Assembly (NCBI GenBank): GCA_030264375.1
Contig: JASCQW010000139.1
Location: 32,122,347-32,186,346 of the forward strand
DNA: 64,000 nt
Reading direction: 5' to 3'
Origin: Carcharhinus longimanus
Taxonomy: Eukaryota
The notes beneath the pieces are model-generated. The model was not told the origin of the DNA and searched no databases. It saw nothing but the letters and a program-made list of their open reading frames with translations. A program made the translations under genes and the position numbers. Positions 36,604 to 49,649 of this stretch are shown one piece after another; position 1 is the first letter of the stretch, and every line of letters begins with the position of its first letter.

Positions 36604-36946
36604 CAGCTAACATACAGGGAACGCTTAGTCCAAAACAAGATGAGCTGTTGTGGGTCATAACACAAGAGTTCTTCTGGCTGGGGTTTCTGAAAGGCAGGTA
36701 TTTCAGGTTGTTGTCTGAAAAGGTGGGATTGACCATCAACAGGCCCTGGTCATTGGTGAGATCCCTGAGTTTCTTTGCCTGGCTCTTTGTATTGCCGTAA
36801 ATACTGCTGGCATCAATGAATGATGTCTGCATGTTGATCTGCTGGCATGCACTCAGGCCCTGAAACACTGAGTGGCACACGAGAGCTGATCGGATGAATG
36901 GTATGCACTGATGGGCATCTGTAATCCGTGTGTCGTCATCAGGTAC
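36604..36946 (-). CDS. Peroxidase gene B exon (Ca2+-binding loop TSFIDAS)
   Basis: 343 bp, cacag|GTA...CTG|gtaag. VPDDDTRITDAHQCIPFIRS...QINMQTSFIDASSIYG...VPCMLAG; inside ORF 36572-37009. Confidence 0.95.
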
Positions 36947-39900
36947 CTGTGGATGGAAGGTCAAGGCAGTGATGGAAGCAGCTATTGATAGGTCCACAGT
37001 GCAAAACAATCCTGCTCAGTCAGTGAGCATGGAAAACCAATAGTTCTCATGTTTTCTGAAGAAGTTTTTGCCATAAAATACATCAAGATTTATTTACTCT
37101 TTAATTGCCAGAAGAATGTGCCAAATGACTTGAGGATCTGTCCATTTTATAAAGGCAGATCTGGGGGAGCGATTCTCTCAAAAAAACTCCAAATGCCAAA
37201 CTTGCGTGAAAACTGAAGGAACTCCCGCTGATATTTTTAAGCGTGATTTTCAGAATGAATCTCCCACACTCTTTGCACTCCAGAGTGCCCGAACATCAAT
37301 GACTCTTAAAATCAGTGGGCGGTGCCTATTCCTGCTGGAGAAGCTGGCATCAAAGTGCTGAGTGAGCCAGTGTCAGAGCGGAGATTGGCACATGTGCAGT
37401 TGCCCTGCACTGTGGGCCTCCTGATTGCTGACCAACCCCGTGTGCCCCCATTTCTGTCCTTGCTGAACCCTCCTATCACTAGCCTCCCGGACCTATCCAT
37501 GCCAGCCTCGATGTCTCCACCTCCTCGATGCTCCATGGCCTCAGTTCCCTCCAGCAGTGTCAGCCTCCAGTTCCACATTCGTGGGGAGCTGGTATAAGCC
37601 CTGCTAGAGTGAACCACTCCTGGGCTGGGGGGATGGGCAGGAGATGCTAGTGGGCCCAGAGACTTCAGTCCCAGGCCTCCTAATGAAACTTAAATGAAAA
37701 TTTAAATATTTAAATTAGCTCTCCAGGAGCTGAATACTCTAAAAATCTTGGCCTGGAGACCATGGCTCCCAGTGGGGAGCCTGCTAAATGGTGTCCACTG
37801 ATGTCTCCACCACCACCCGCATCTCCCAGTCTAGTGGGGTAGCCAAGTGAGTGTTCCTGGGTCTCTGGACAGTAATTGGAAGTAATGGGCAGCACGATGG
37901 CACATTGGGCAGCACAATGGCACATTAGGCATCACGGTGGCATAGTGGTTAGCATTGCTGTCTCACAGCTCCAGGGGCCTGGGTTCAATTCTGGCCTTGG
38001 GTCACTGTCTGCTTGGAGTTTGCTCATTCTCCCCGTGAGTGTGTGGGTTTCCTCCCACAGCCCAACGATGTATAAGTTAGATGGATTGGCCATGCTAAAT
38101 TGCCCCTTAGTTATACATTCTAATATATGTTGGTTAGGTGAATTAGCCATGGGAAATGTGTGGAGTTATGGGGCTAGGGTGGGGGAGAGGGCCAGGGTAA
38201 GATTCTCTGTCAGAGAGTTGGTGCAGACCCAATGNNNNNNNNNNNNNNNNNNNNNNNNNNNNNNNNNNNNNNNNNNNNNNNNNNNNNNNNNNNNNNNNNN
38301 NNNNNNNNNNNNNNNNNNNNNNNNNNNNNNNNNNNNNNNNNNNNNNNNNNNNNNNNNNNNNNNNNNNNNNNNNNNNNNNNNNNNNNNNNNNNNNNNNNNN
38401 NNNNNNNNNNNNNNNNNNNNNNNNNNNNNNNNNNNNNNNNNNNNNNNNNNNNNNNNNNNNNNNNNNNNNNNNNNNNNNNNNNNNNNNNNNNNNNNNNNNN
38501 NNNNNNNNNNNNNNNNNNNNNNNNNNNNNNNNNNNNNNNNNNNNNNNNNNNNNNNNNNNNNNNNNNNNNNNNNNNNNNNNNNNNNNNNNNNNNNNNNNNN
38601 NNNNNNNNNNNNNNNNNNNNNNNNNNNNNNNNNNNNNNNNNNNNNNNNNNNNNNNNNNNNNNNNNNNNNNNNNNNNNNNNNNNNNNNNNNNNNNNNNNNN
38701 NNNNNNNNNNNNNNNNNNNNNNNNNNNNNNNNNNNNNNNNNNNNNNNNNNNNNNNNNNNNNNNNNNNNNNNNNNNNNNNNNNNNNNNNNNNNNNNNNNNN
38801 NNNNNNNNNNNNNNNNNNNNNNNNNNNNNNNNNNNNNNNNNNNNNNNNNNNNNNNNNNNNNNNNNNNNNNNNNNNNNNNNNNNNNNNNNNNNNNNNNNNN
38901 NNNNNNNNNNNNNNNNNNNNNNNNNNNNNNNNNNNNNNNNNNNNNNNNNNNNNNNNNNNNNNNNNNNNNNNNNNNNNNNNNNNNNNNNNNNNNNNNNNNN
39001 NNNNNNNNNNNNNNNNNNNNNNNNNNNNNNNNNNNNNNNNNNNNNNNNNNNNNNNNNNNNNNNNNNNNNNNNNNNNNNNNNNNNNNNNNNNNNNNNNNNN
39101 NNNNNNNNNNNNNNNNNNNNNNNNNNNNNNNNNNNNNNNNNNNNTTTATTTATTAGTCACGAGTAAAGCTTACATGAGCATTGCAATGAAGTTACTGTGA
39201 AATTCCCCTATTCGCCACAGTGCGGCGCCTGTTTGGGTCAATGCACCTAACCAGCACATCTTTCAGGGATGTACGTTAGAGGCTCACTCATGCACAGACA
39301 TATATCAGTCGCAGATTCCAGCTGTGAGAACCTGGATCAGTCTAGGATCCTCCTTGTTTCTAGATGCTGAAGGAGCCCTATGAGCCATTTATAACTTGGT
39401 GTAGCAACTCGTAAGATTGGAGCTTGGCTGAAATCCAGGAGAAATGCCGGACCAGTGAAGCTAGCCATCTATTAAAGACCTGCTACCAGCACCGACTGAG
39501 GTACAAACTTTGTAATCTCGGGGAACAGCAGCTCGTGAGACGATATTGAAACCCAGGAGATGTACATTCTGCATCAGAATGCTTTTGAGAGAATTCAAAG
39601 GCTAGAATTTCGAAAGTGATATGTTTGGTGTACCTCATTATCCTCCTCCATTGGAGTGGGNNNNNNNNNNNNNNNNNNNNNNNNNNNNNNNNNNNNNNNN
39701 NNNNNNNNNNNNNNNNNNNNNNNNNNNNNNNNNNNNNNNNNNNNNNNNNNNNNNNNNNNNNNNNNNNNNNNNNNNNNNNNNNNNNNNNNNNNNNNATATT
39801 TACATTAAAATCCATCTCACCTACACATCTTTGGAAACTAAAAGGCAATTTCGTATGACCAATGCACCTAACCAACACATCTTTTTGGACTGTGGAAGGA

Positions 39901-40612
39901 AACCGGAGCACCCAGAGGAAACCCACGCAGACAAGAGGAGAACATGCAGACTCTGCACAGACAGTGACCCAATCCAGGAATTGAACCTGGGTCCCCGGCG
40001 CTGTGAGGCAGCAGTGCTAACCACTGTGCCACCTTTCATTCAAAATAAACCCAGATCTGTTCAGTGTTGCTACCTATGATTTATCAAAATTAGTGTGAGC
40101 ACTGGACTAAAATAATTATAATTAATAATTTGAATTAAATGTACAGTTTCAATAGATGAGCTGCTGAGTATCTGTAGAATGTGACTCAGAGGTGATTTAA
40201 GAGGTGACCTACTTTGTTGGATCTGCTCACAGCGGCCAGCATAGCAGGATAAAAATATCCCACCTTTGCTGTGTTAAAAGTGAAGAGTTACTGTCTTTTT
40301 ACTGAAATCCAAACACATGGCCAGTAGCTGCCGTTAACATCCTCATCTTCAACATAGGAAGAAGAGGAAAATGCAAAGGATGAACAGCATGGAAATCTGC
40401 GTCCAGGGATGGGTTGATTTCTATGCAAGAAATTATCAGGATGTTTTTAGTTTCTTGCAATTGTTTTACAGAATATAAGGAAAAATCCTGTTTTAACAAG
40501 AATTAAGACACTGCACCTTACTTTGGATGGCCCGGCTTTGAGCTGAATGGACACCATAAAAATGCACTTTCAGCTCCCAAGCATGTCTTGAAATAGAGAA
40601 TCAATGCCTCAC

Positions 40613-40819
40613 CTTAATTGGGAAACAAGGAATTCTTTGCACACAAGACTTTTGACAGTTGATGCCATTTCTGAAGGTCTCAGTGTTGTGAGATGGACGA
40701 ATTAAACTGATATCATGAGTAATCCACTGCCCCCATTGCATAAACATCTGATTCCATTCGGAATCCGGAACTATATCCTTAACGGGTGCTTTCAGGATTT
40801 TGTTGGAAATCTCTCGGGC
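40613..40819 (-). CDS. Peroxidase gene B exon (distal His)
   Basis: 207 bp, tttcag|GCC...AAG|gtgag. AREISNKILKAPVKDIVPDSEWNQMFMQWGQWITHDISLIRPSHNTETFRNGINCQKSCVQRIPCFPIK. Confidence 0.96.
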
Positions 40820-43800
40820 CTGAAAAAGAATGATAAATAATGGTTAGCTTTAAATGTTCAGGGCATGGAGTCCACCTTACGGGTTTTTGGCAGGTTCATT
40901 TTGGCCTTAGAGTAGGTTGAACAGGCTTATAGATGGAGCCTCATCAACAATGTTCTTCTTTGTACATTTCCACTTGGCCATGTGGGCAAAAGAAGGAGGT
41001 TGGGAATGGACAGAGTAGTTAGGATTGCTAACTCTCCACAGTAGGCCTGGAGTCTCCAGGAGTTCAATACAGTCTCTAGGCCACTGCATGTGCAACCCTG
41101 GAGAAGAATCACAGGGACAATAAAAATGTTTTAAAAACTTTCTCTTTGAACATTTCTCTTCACCAGATACAAAAATATTGAAAATGGTGGGGAGAGCAGG
41201 CTGTTGGGCCAATGGTCAGGCATCATCCCACTGGATAATGAGCCTTTTTGCTTTCCAGGAAGGCAGTGCATCACAAGACTGGATGTGAGAATAAATCCAC
41301 TCTGGGAAAGAAGAATTGCACAACAGTGTGTCACAACTTCCGAACAAATGGGCCAAGTTTGAATGCAACAAACTGTAGCTTTCCGACAAATTCCACATTT
41401 TCACTGGTCCATGCCAAGTCCTCACACAGCCTTGCCGATCATTCTTTGCTTGCCATACTTACCAACTCCTCAATAAAACGCACCTTTGAGATGAAATGGA
41501 CATTAAAATCCTTTTCACTCATGCAACTTCCAGGGCCGATAGTCATTGTAAAACAAGTCAAGTCTGTGTTACAAATCTTTTTAAAATTATTTTATGGGAT
41601 GCGGGTGTTGCTGGCTGGGCCAGCATTTATTGCCCATCCTTAATTGCCCTTGAAAAGGTGGTAGTGAGCTGTCTTCTTGAATCACTGCAGTCCCTGAGGC
41701 AAAAGTACACCTGCAGTGCTTTTAGGCAGGGAGTTCCTGATTTTGACCCGGTGACAATGAAGAAATGATGATATATTTCCAAGTCAGGATGGTGAGTGGC
41801 TTGGAGAGGAAGTTGCAACTTGGAAGTTGCTGATTCCTTGGTCGGTATGTAGATTGTCCACTGAGCCATATGACCTTCCAGCAGCAAAGAAATGGACATT
41901 TCAGTCCAGTGTGCTTGTTATAGCATTCCCAAAATGAATCCCATTGTCCAACTTTCCTCATAGTCCAGTAACTTCCATTTCTTCAAACTTTCTCTCAAAC
42001 AATGCCTCAATTAGTCTGTTCTGAGCTCCAACAACTTTTCATATAAACATTAGCTCCTGACTGCTCTACTCATTCACAGTGGCAGTTAACTTGATAAACT
42101 GATTCTCTGACAGAAGAAATAACCTTTGTGGGTAACTTGTGGAAAGGCCAACATTTCAGGATTACTTACATTTGCTGTTATAGGATGTCACCTTGAAAGC
42201 AGAGCTGAAATTACATAAAGGCCTCCCTCACCCCCGTTGGCAAAGAAACTTGCCCAGATAGTTCTGTGACCTCATCTACATTTCAAGCAGTGGTGGGAGT
42301 GGGGAGGAGAGTTGGCACGACCTGTCTCTGACTCACTCAGGACAGTTTTTAATGCAGACAATGAGCATCTTACCCATTGAGAGCCGGCAGGAGATCCGTA
42401 TTAGCTCCTTTCTGATGGCCTGCCACATTGAGTGTCAATAAGCAGGCCTCCCCACAGTCTTGGGTAGTGGAAACAGGAATTCCACTCACTGAGAGCTACC
42501 GGCCATTTAGCGGCCAGCAGTTGCCCATTGCAGGTAGTGAGAGCAGTGCCACCTGCTGGCAGTGTGCCCATCAGAGGCCCAGGATTGCTGAAGGAACCCC
42601 CAGGACACAGATGAACGAGGGTGGAATGGATGTCGGGTGATGGAGGTCACGGGAAGGGATGGAGGGAATTTGGTAATATACCGAAGGGGATGGCTTCCCA
42701 GTGCTAGGTTCCCCCTATCAGGCATTTAGTGCTTTTGAACAAAGGGATCCTACCTAGGAGTTAGCAAATAACCCAATAGACTTTGCTTTTGTGCTCCCAC
42801 ACAGTGGGTCTCCCACCGCCTCTGGTTGAACACCAGCAGTGGCAGCAATGAGGCTGTTAAATGGGCATTAATTGCCCACTTGCAGGTCCCAATTGGTGGT
42901 GAGGAAGGGAAGCTGTCCAAGAGCCAGATCTAATTGGGGTAGAGGTGAGAAGGTGGAGGGGACCCCCACCTGCCACCCTCCAATCTGTTTGAATGCACAC
43001 CCCCCACCTCCTCACCTCCATGCTACCTCTGGGAGGATATTAAATATCACCATTCAACCCCAGTCTCCGATGAACCCTCTGGAAATTGTCTTTGCTTTAA
43101 CTGCCATTCTATAAGGAATGCCATTCCGACAATGGAAACTGCTGGAAATTAGTATGGCTTCAACTGGCTGGAGCAAAACCTTATAATCATCTGACACACC
43201 AGACAAAGAGTGCACTGAAATAAATGTGACAAAAGCGAGTCAGAAAAGCAAAATATATTGTTATACAAAAGCAGAGAAGACCACAAGTGAAGTAACTGTA
43301 GGGTATAAAAAGGCAGGACACTGTTCCTGAATTTCCTGAGCCAGAATTAAATACATAATTCTGATTTTAACACTCTGTCATGGTACAGTTAGCTTTGTAT
43401 TTGATTTAGATTCCAATTAATAGGAATAGCGTTGTGCATGAACTGTTTGTCTTTAATGGGCTGTGCTACATCAATCAAACCCTCGCGTTGACAAGCATTT
43501 TATTACATGTTGCTGTTAAAAATTATCAAGTGACTAAAAGAGAGCAGGAGTGACTTTTCCTGGCTGCGGGCTGCACTGTTCTATGTATCTGTTTGCCCAA
43601 GTGCCGAACAATAGTATCTCAATACTGGTAGTGCAGTGGGAATTTCACAGACTGAACATATACCCACTATTACCAGAGATTCTTATACTACAATAAGTTA
43701 ATAATAATATTCTAGTGCCAAGAACTACTTGTTCTTCCAGCACTGTCCATTTGGAAAATACCAGGCAATATGTTGAGTGAGCAGTCTGGGTGCTAACATT

Positions 43801-44398
43801 AGACCAACCTCAAAATATAGATCCCCAAAACTTCTCAATTCCTTCAGTCTCTCCTCAATCCACCCATTTACAGGTTTTATAATCCAAATATGCTGCTATC
43901 TGATCACTACTTCAGGGCTGATCTCATCACCTTCTCTAATTCTCTAAGGGTGGCACAGTGACCCCTGGCGCTGCCTGACAGCACCAGGGATCCAGGTTCG
44001 ATTCCCGGCTTGGGTCACAGTCTGTGTGAAGTTTGCTCATTCTCCCTATGCATGCGTGGGGTTCCTCCTGGTGCTCTGGTTTCCTCCCACAGTCTAAAAG
44101 ATGTGCTGGTTAGGTGCACGGGCCATGCTAAATTCTCCCTCAGTGTACCCAAACAGGCGCCGGAGTGTGGGGACTAGCGGGTTTCCACAGTAACTTCATT
44201 GAGGTGTTAACGTAAGCCTTCTTGTGACATTAATAAATAAACTTTAAACTAATTTCCATTCTTCCTGGTAGCCAACACAATGGACCTTTGGAAACTTTCT
44301 GATGGAAAGAAAGTTAGTAATTGAAATATAATCCTCCTTTGCTGATGTTACAGTGGCTACGATCTCTCTGATTGATCTGGAGCAGTAATGATAGTTAC

Positions 44399-44528
44399 CA
44401 GTGGCAGGGGGAATCCAGAATATAGCTTCCCTTCGAACCAGCCCTTTGGAAGTGAAAATCCATCCTCGTATTGAGCTGGGAGCCAGCGGACAAAAGGCAA
44501 GTTAGTTGCCCCCAGGTGAGGGGTCCTC
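44399..44528 (-). CDS. Peroxidase gene B exon (RWLPAQYEDG)
   Basis: 130 bp, ttccag|G...CTG|gtaac. RRTPHLGATNLPFVRWLPAQYEDGFSLPKGWFEGKLYSGFPLPL. Confidence 0.95.
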
Positions 44529-45179
44529 CTGGAAATGAAGAGAAGAAAAGCGTCAACCTTGGCGCTAATTCCTCAATTTGCAATGACCGCAAATGTCAAA
44601 TTAAGATGAATAAGATTCTCCTTCTTGATGGGAGCAGTTTGATTTCTGGAAGAAGGGACTGTCGTGTTTTTCACTCTCCCTGTACTAGTTTAATAGGGGT
44701 GAAAATAAGAGCATCGAGTGAAAATTCTTTCTGTGAATTTACCATTCAGCAGGGGAAAAAGAAAACAAAAGCAGGACTGAATTTACAATGTCTTTATCAC
44801 AAAGATGTGCGGCTTAGGTGGATTGGTCATGCTAAACTGCACTTAGTGTCCGTGGGGCTAATAGGGTAAATATGTGGGATTTCGGGGACAGGGCCTGGGT
44901 CGGATTGTTGTCAGTGCAGGTTTGATGGGCTGAATGGTCTCTTTCTGCACTGTGGGGATTCTATGATTCTAAATACCTATGGATCCCCCTGGTTGTTACC
45001 AGGGATGTCATCACAGATGTGTTTGAGAAAATTCCATCTGCTCTGCGTTCTTCGAGAACATGGGCGCAGTTTCTTTCCAGCCAAGGAAATCTCCATCTCT
45101 CTATGGATATGGCCATCACACAGTGATGTTTTCGTCTTATAATGGGCAGTGATATTAATTCACAGATTTTCTTGGCTTT

Positions 45180-46650
45180 GTATGAATGATGTTTAACATG
45201 GAGTTTGTAGCTGGCTCGGCAGACCTCATCTCACTGATGAACAGATAAGTTCTGTCCCTGAGCTGGTTGCAAAAGGATTGCCTGACACATGGCCAGTAGA
45301 GACACTTATACAGTCTCTTGGACCGATTGTCACAAATGGCCATTTCTTGAGTGGGCGGAATCCGGGGTCAGCTCAAGTGGCCGACTACAGGGGTATTCTA
45401 ATAATGATGAGACAAACGGATGTCAACTATGCTCCATGGTGTTCTCCTCTCTATGGTGAAGTCTACAAGGCAGAAGCTTTGCTCCAGACATGTGAGTCTC
45501 ATAACACTGAGATCCCAGCATGGTGTGGAGCTGCTGTTTATTCTGTACCATTTGTTATTGGGTGCTGTCAGAGGTAGGGTTGAAGGAAGGGAGGGAAGTG
45601 GAATACCTCCAAGAGGCACGGGTGTAGAGGGCAGCCAACCCCCAACTCCAAACCTCTATCCTCCTCCATGAATGGTCATGGCTGGCAAGGAGTCACATGG
45701 TCAGTCTTTCTATGCTGCCAAGACAATGGTCTCGCCATGGAATCTCAAGGGTACTGAAGACAAGTGGATTAGTGTTAGAGAGAGGTTTCTTGCACATGGC
45801 TCTCATCACCCTGGGCACAGAGCAATGTCTCCATGTACAGTCATGTATGAATGGGAAGAACATCCGTCTCTGGTTCTCCAGGTTGTCCTTTCCCTGGAAG
45901 GAGGGGTAGGGATTCAATGTCTAAATGCAGGCCAGGTGAAGAATTTAGCACAAGCCCCAGTGGCTTTGAAATGGAGGGGAACCTATCAATAACACGCTCA
46001 CCAAATGTAACACTTCAATGCATTCACACACCCTCTGAGGCATTGATGATGCAGGCTGCAGGGAACACTGCCTTGGTGATGGTTCACACCCAGATGGGTA
46101 GGAGGCTTCCCACAGGTTGGCACAGGGACAGGAGGATGGAGGATCTGAGCAGCAAGAGGCAGTGGGCATTCTGAAAGGTCAAGCTGTTGGAGAACATGGA
46201 CTTCTCCAACAGTGATCATTCACCTGACCATGGGCGTATTGCAAGCGGTGCTCTTATCTAGCAATGAGTTAAAGGGAATGCTTGACAAGCCCAAGTATTT
46301 CCAGGGATGAGGTTGCTCACGTACACCTGCCTCTCCAGTACATGTTGTAGCCACAAGGACTTTGGAAGAGTAAAGCAGAGCTTTAGGCATTTTATGGAAA
46401 TCCATGCAGATCTGCAATCGGACTCCACTGCCACATTAGAATGCACAACAGACAACACTTTGCTCAGGAAATGGTCATATTTGATATGGAAAAGATTCTA
46501 TGTCTATTCCTTTGGCTGAGCCTGGCCTCTGTCACCTTCCAAGCAGCAATATATTGTCCCCTCCCATTTCCCTCTCCTGGCTGGGCTTCCATCTTCCTTG
46601 GAACTTGAAGTTCATCCAAAAGCTCTGCTGCTTGTCTCCTAACACTAACC
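45180..46650 (-). mobile_element. Highly decayed non-LTR retrotransposon fragment (family unclear)
   Basis: HPWKYLGL motif (RT thumb-like) in ORF 46220-46417; no continuous frame. Confidence 0.35.
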
Positions 46651-46872
46651 AAGTCCTCTTTGTCCAACATCCCTGTTCTCATTGGCCTATATTAGCTCTC
46701 GGTTAAGCAATATTTCAGATTAAAGGTTCTCATCCTTGTTTTAAAATCCTTCCAATGCTTCATACTCTCTTTGTAACTGGCTCCAGCTCTACCACCCTTC
46801 AAGAATAGTGCATCTCTCCGATTCTGGCCTCGTGTGTATCTCCATTTTCCTTCACTATTTCATTAGCAATTG

Positions 46873-47200
46873 GGGTGGCACAGTAGCACAGTGGTTAGTA
46901 CTGTTGCCTCACAGGGCCAGGGACCTGGGTTCGATTCTCAGCTTGGGTTACTGTCTGTGTCAAATTTTTCCTGTTCTCCCTGTGTCTGCATGGGTTTTCT
47001 CCACGTGCTCCGGTTTCCTCCCACACTCCAAAGATGTGCGGGATAGGTGGATTGGCCGTGCTAAATTGCCCCTTAGTGTCTAGGGGACTAGCTAGGGTAA
47101 ATGCATTGAGCTATGGGGATAGATTCTGGGCGGGATTGTGGTTCATGCAGACTCGATGGGCTGAATGCCCTTTATCTACACTGTAGGTTTCTATGATTCT
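46873..47200 (+). mobile_element. HE1-type SINE, full length
   Basis: gggtggcacagtagcacagtggttag...gggttcgattc...ttctatgattcta. Other copies at about 21318-21510, 22888-23010, 37935-38234, 39815-40035(-), 44800-44970, 55255-55578(-) and 63740-64000. Confidence 0.88.
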
Positions 47201-48057
47201 AAGAATTGTGGACGAAAGTTTCCCAGAAATCAGCAAAGATCAATGATAGGCAGGAAGAGCGGCGTTGATGACGCCGGCAACCATGGTGACTTTTCCCATC
47301 ATGCAGCGTGGGAATTATTTTTTTTAAAACTTCCTGCATGAGTTCCACATCTTATCACTGGTGGGACGGCCTCTGATTCACCGACCCTGACATCACCTCA
47401 GCATTGCAGTCATCGGGTCATCGAGGCACTACATTTAGAGGCTGCTGCAGTGAACAGCAGCCATGCTTTACAGGTTGCTAGGAGGTGATGGCTGCTGGGA
47501 AATCTTAAGAGATGCTGATGTATTCAAGTGACTTTCCTGACACTGAAGATGGGAAATATCACCTGCTGCTGATGGCGAGAGGGAATGATCATGGTAAGCT
47601 ATCACACCGATGTAAAACACGACTTTGCACTGCTCCCGATATTTTCCTCTCCTGCTGCCGAACCTGCCTAATGCAAATGGAAACCGAAATCCCGGGCCTA
47701 TACCTTTAGCTGCCCAGGACACAAACACTGGAACTCCTTCCCTAAACTGTCTGCCTCTCTTCCGCCCACACTAAAAATCTGCTACAAGCCTACTTCTTTT
47801 GGTTACTTGTTGTAACATCTGTTTGTGTGATTTGGTGTCAAAGTTCCTTTGATGATGTTACTGTGAAGTTACTATCTAAATACAAGTTGTTGCTCAGTGT
47901 GGTACAGCTTTATTATTGTTGGGTAGTATTACATTTGGCTCAGTTTATGCAGTCATAAACAGTAAAAAAAAGTAATAATTAATTGAAATAATTCATCCTC
48001 TTTGTTCACTTTTTCTTAATAAAATCTATCTTGAACCGTAAGGTTGTATTCAGGTAC

Positions 48058-48190
48058 CTGTTGTTGCAGTTGGAATTGATGTCTCTATATCGTTTGGACC
48101 AGCAGTCATTCTTGCAGACAGAGGGTTGGATTATTCTTGAACACTCTGGGGTGTGAGTCATGCTGCCCACATCAGTCAATGTTAAAAGAT
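48058..48190 (-). CDS. Peroxidase gene B exon (start of mature domain, CNNR)
   Basis: 133 bp, ccatag|AT...AG|gtacc. DLLTLTDVGSMTHTPECSRIIQPSVCKNDCWSKRYRDINSNCNNR. Confidence 0.93.
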
Positions 48191-49254
48191 CTATGGGGAA
48201 AAACACATTAATTGGTAATAGGTGCAAACAACATTGAACATTATTTCACATCAGGAACTTATAATGAGATAAAAAACAGACTTATATTTAATGCGAGCTG
48301 TATTAACAGAATGGGTCAAGTGAGCCAGGACTCCAGCCTATGTGTTTTATTGGTCACAATTAGTCTTACATTAACACTGCAATGAAGTTGCTGTGAAAAT
48401 CCCCTAGTTGCCACACTCCAATGCCTATTGGGGTACACTGAGGGAGAATTTAGCATGGCCAATGCACCTAACCAGCACATCTTTCAGACTGTGGGAGGAA
48501 ACCGGAGTACCTGGAGGAAACCCATGCAGACACAGGGAGAACGTGCAAACTCCACACAGACAGTGACCCAAGCCGGGAATTAAATCCAGGCCCTTGGTGC
48601 TGACAGGTGGCAGTGCTAACCACTGTGCCACCATGCCGCCTAGGAGCAGGAGAAGACCACACTCCCACTTATTCCACCATCTTTTACATTCTCTGGAGAG
48701 AGTGTGCCAAGCCTTGATTTAACATCTCTTCCAAAAGATGGTGCCTCCAACAATGCAGCACTCCCTCAGTACTGCAATGCAACGATAGCCCAGATTTTGT
48801 GCTCAATTTCTTTTGGAAAAGGGTCTTTATACCCACCATATTCTGGCTCAGTGACAATGGAGGGTGACATTAGTTGGTGCTGGGGAGACTGGAAAAGCGA
48901 CAGAGTGACATTTATAAAGCACTTGGATATGCACTTACCGTAACGCACAAGGCTACAGACCATGAGTTGGAGAGTGGGATTAGGCTGGATGCTACTTGTT
49001 CGCTGGCTTAGACACGATGGGCCAAATGGATTCTTGCGGTGCTCTACATTTCTATGATTCTATGCTAGCCTATACAACTCGCTGTTAAGCTTGAATCATC
49101 TGCAGCTGAGTCCAGAATGATCACCTGGCACAGTACTAAGAGCCACAGATGCCCATAGCACCTTGGTCCACTGTGAGCCAGCACCTCAAGGGAGAAGACG
49201 ATGCAACAGAAACTGCACTCTTGATTTCTGGCGAGCCAAACACCCAATTATATA

Positions 49255-49535
49255 GATTTCCTTCATAGCGAGGGGGATTGAATATAAAAGTAGGGAGGTC
49301 TTGCTGCAACTGTACAGGGCACTGGTGAGGCCACAGNNNNNNNNNNNNNNNNNNNNNNNNNNNNNNNNNNNNNNNNNNNNNNNNNNNNNNNNNNNNNNNN
49401 NNNNNNNNNNNNNNNNNNNNNNNNNNNNNNNNNNNNGCAAGGTGGTTGAGGCAGACACGCTAGGATCATTTAAGACTTATCTAGATAGCCACATGAACAG
49501 ACTGGGAATAGAGGGATACGAAAGGGTGATCTAGT
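49255..49535 (+). mobile_element. CR1-type LINE fragment with 100-N gap
   Basis: IARGIEYKSREVLLQLYRALVRPQ, gap, KVVEADTLGSFKTYLD. Confidence 0.8.
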
Positions 49536-49649
49536 TAGCCTAAAACGCTGAAGTAGTAGCACCAGCTTGCTGCAAAATTGATCAAAACAGAGACAGAGTA
49601 TGTTAAGAATCCTAGCCACTCAATACTGAAAGAAATTAATACCATCTGA

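Noticed and set aside
37876-39200. Longest ORFs in the track (426 and 322 aa)
   Set aside because: Mostly N, with the remainder being SINE sequence.
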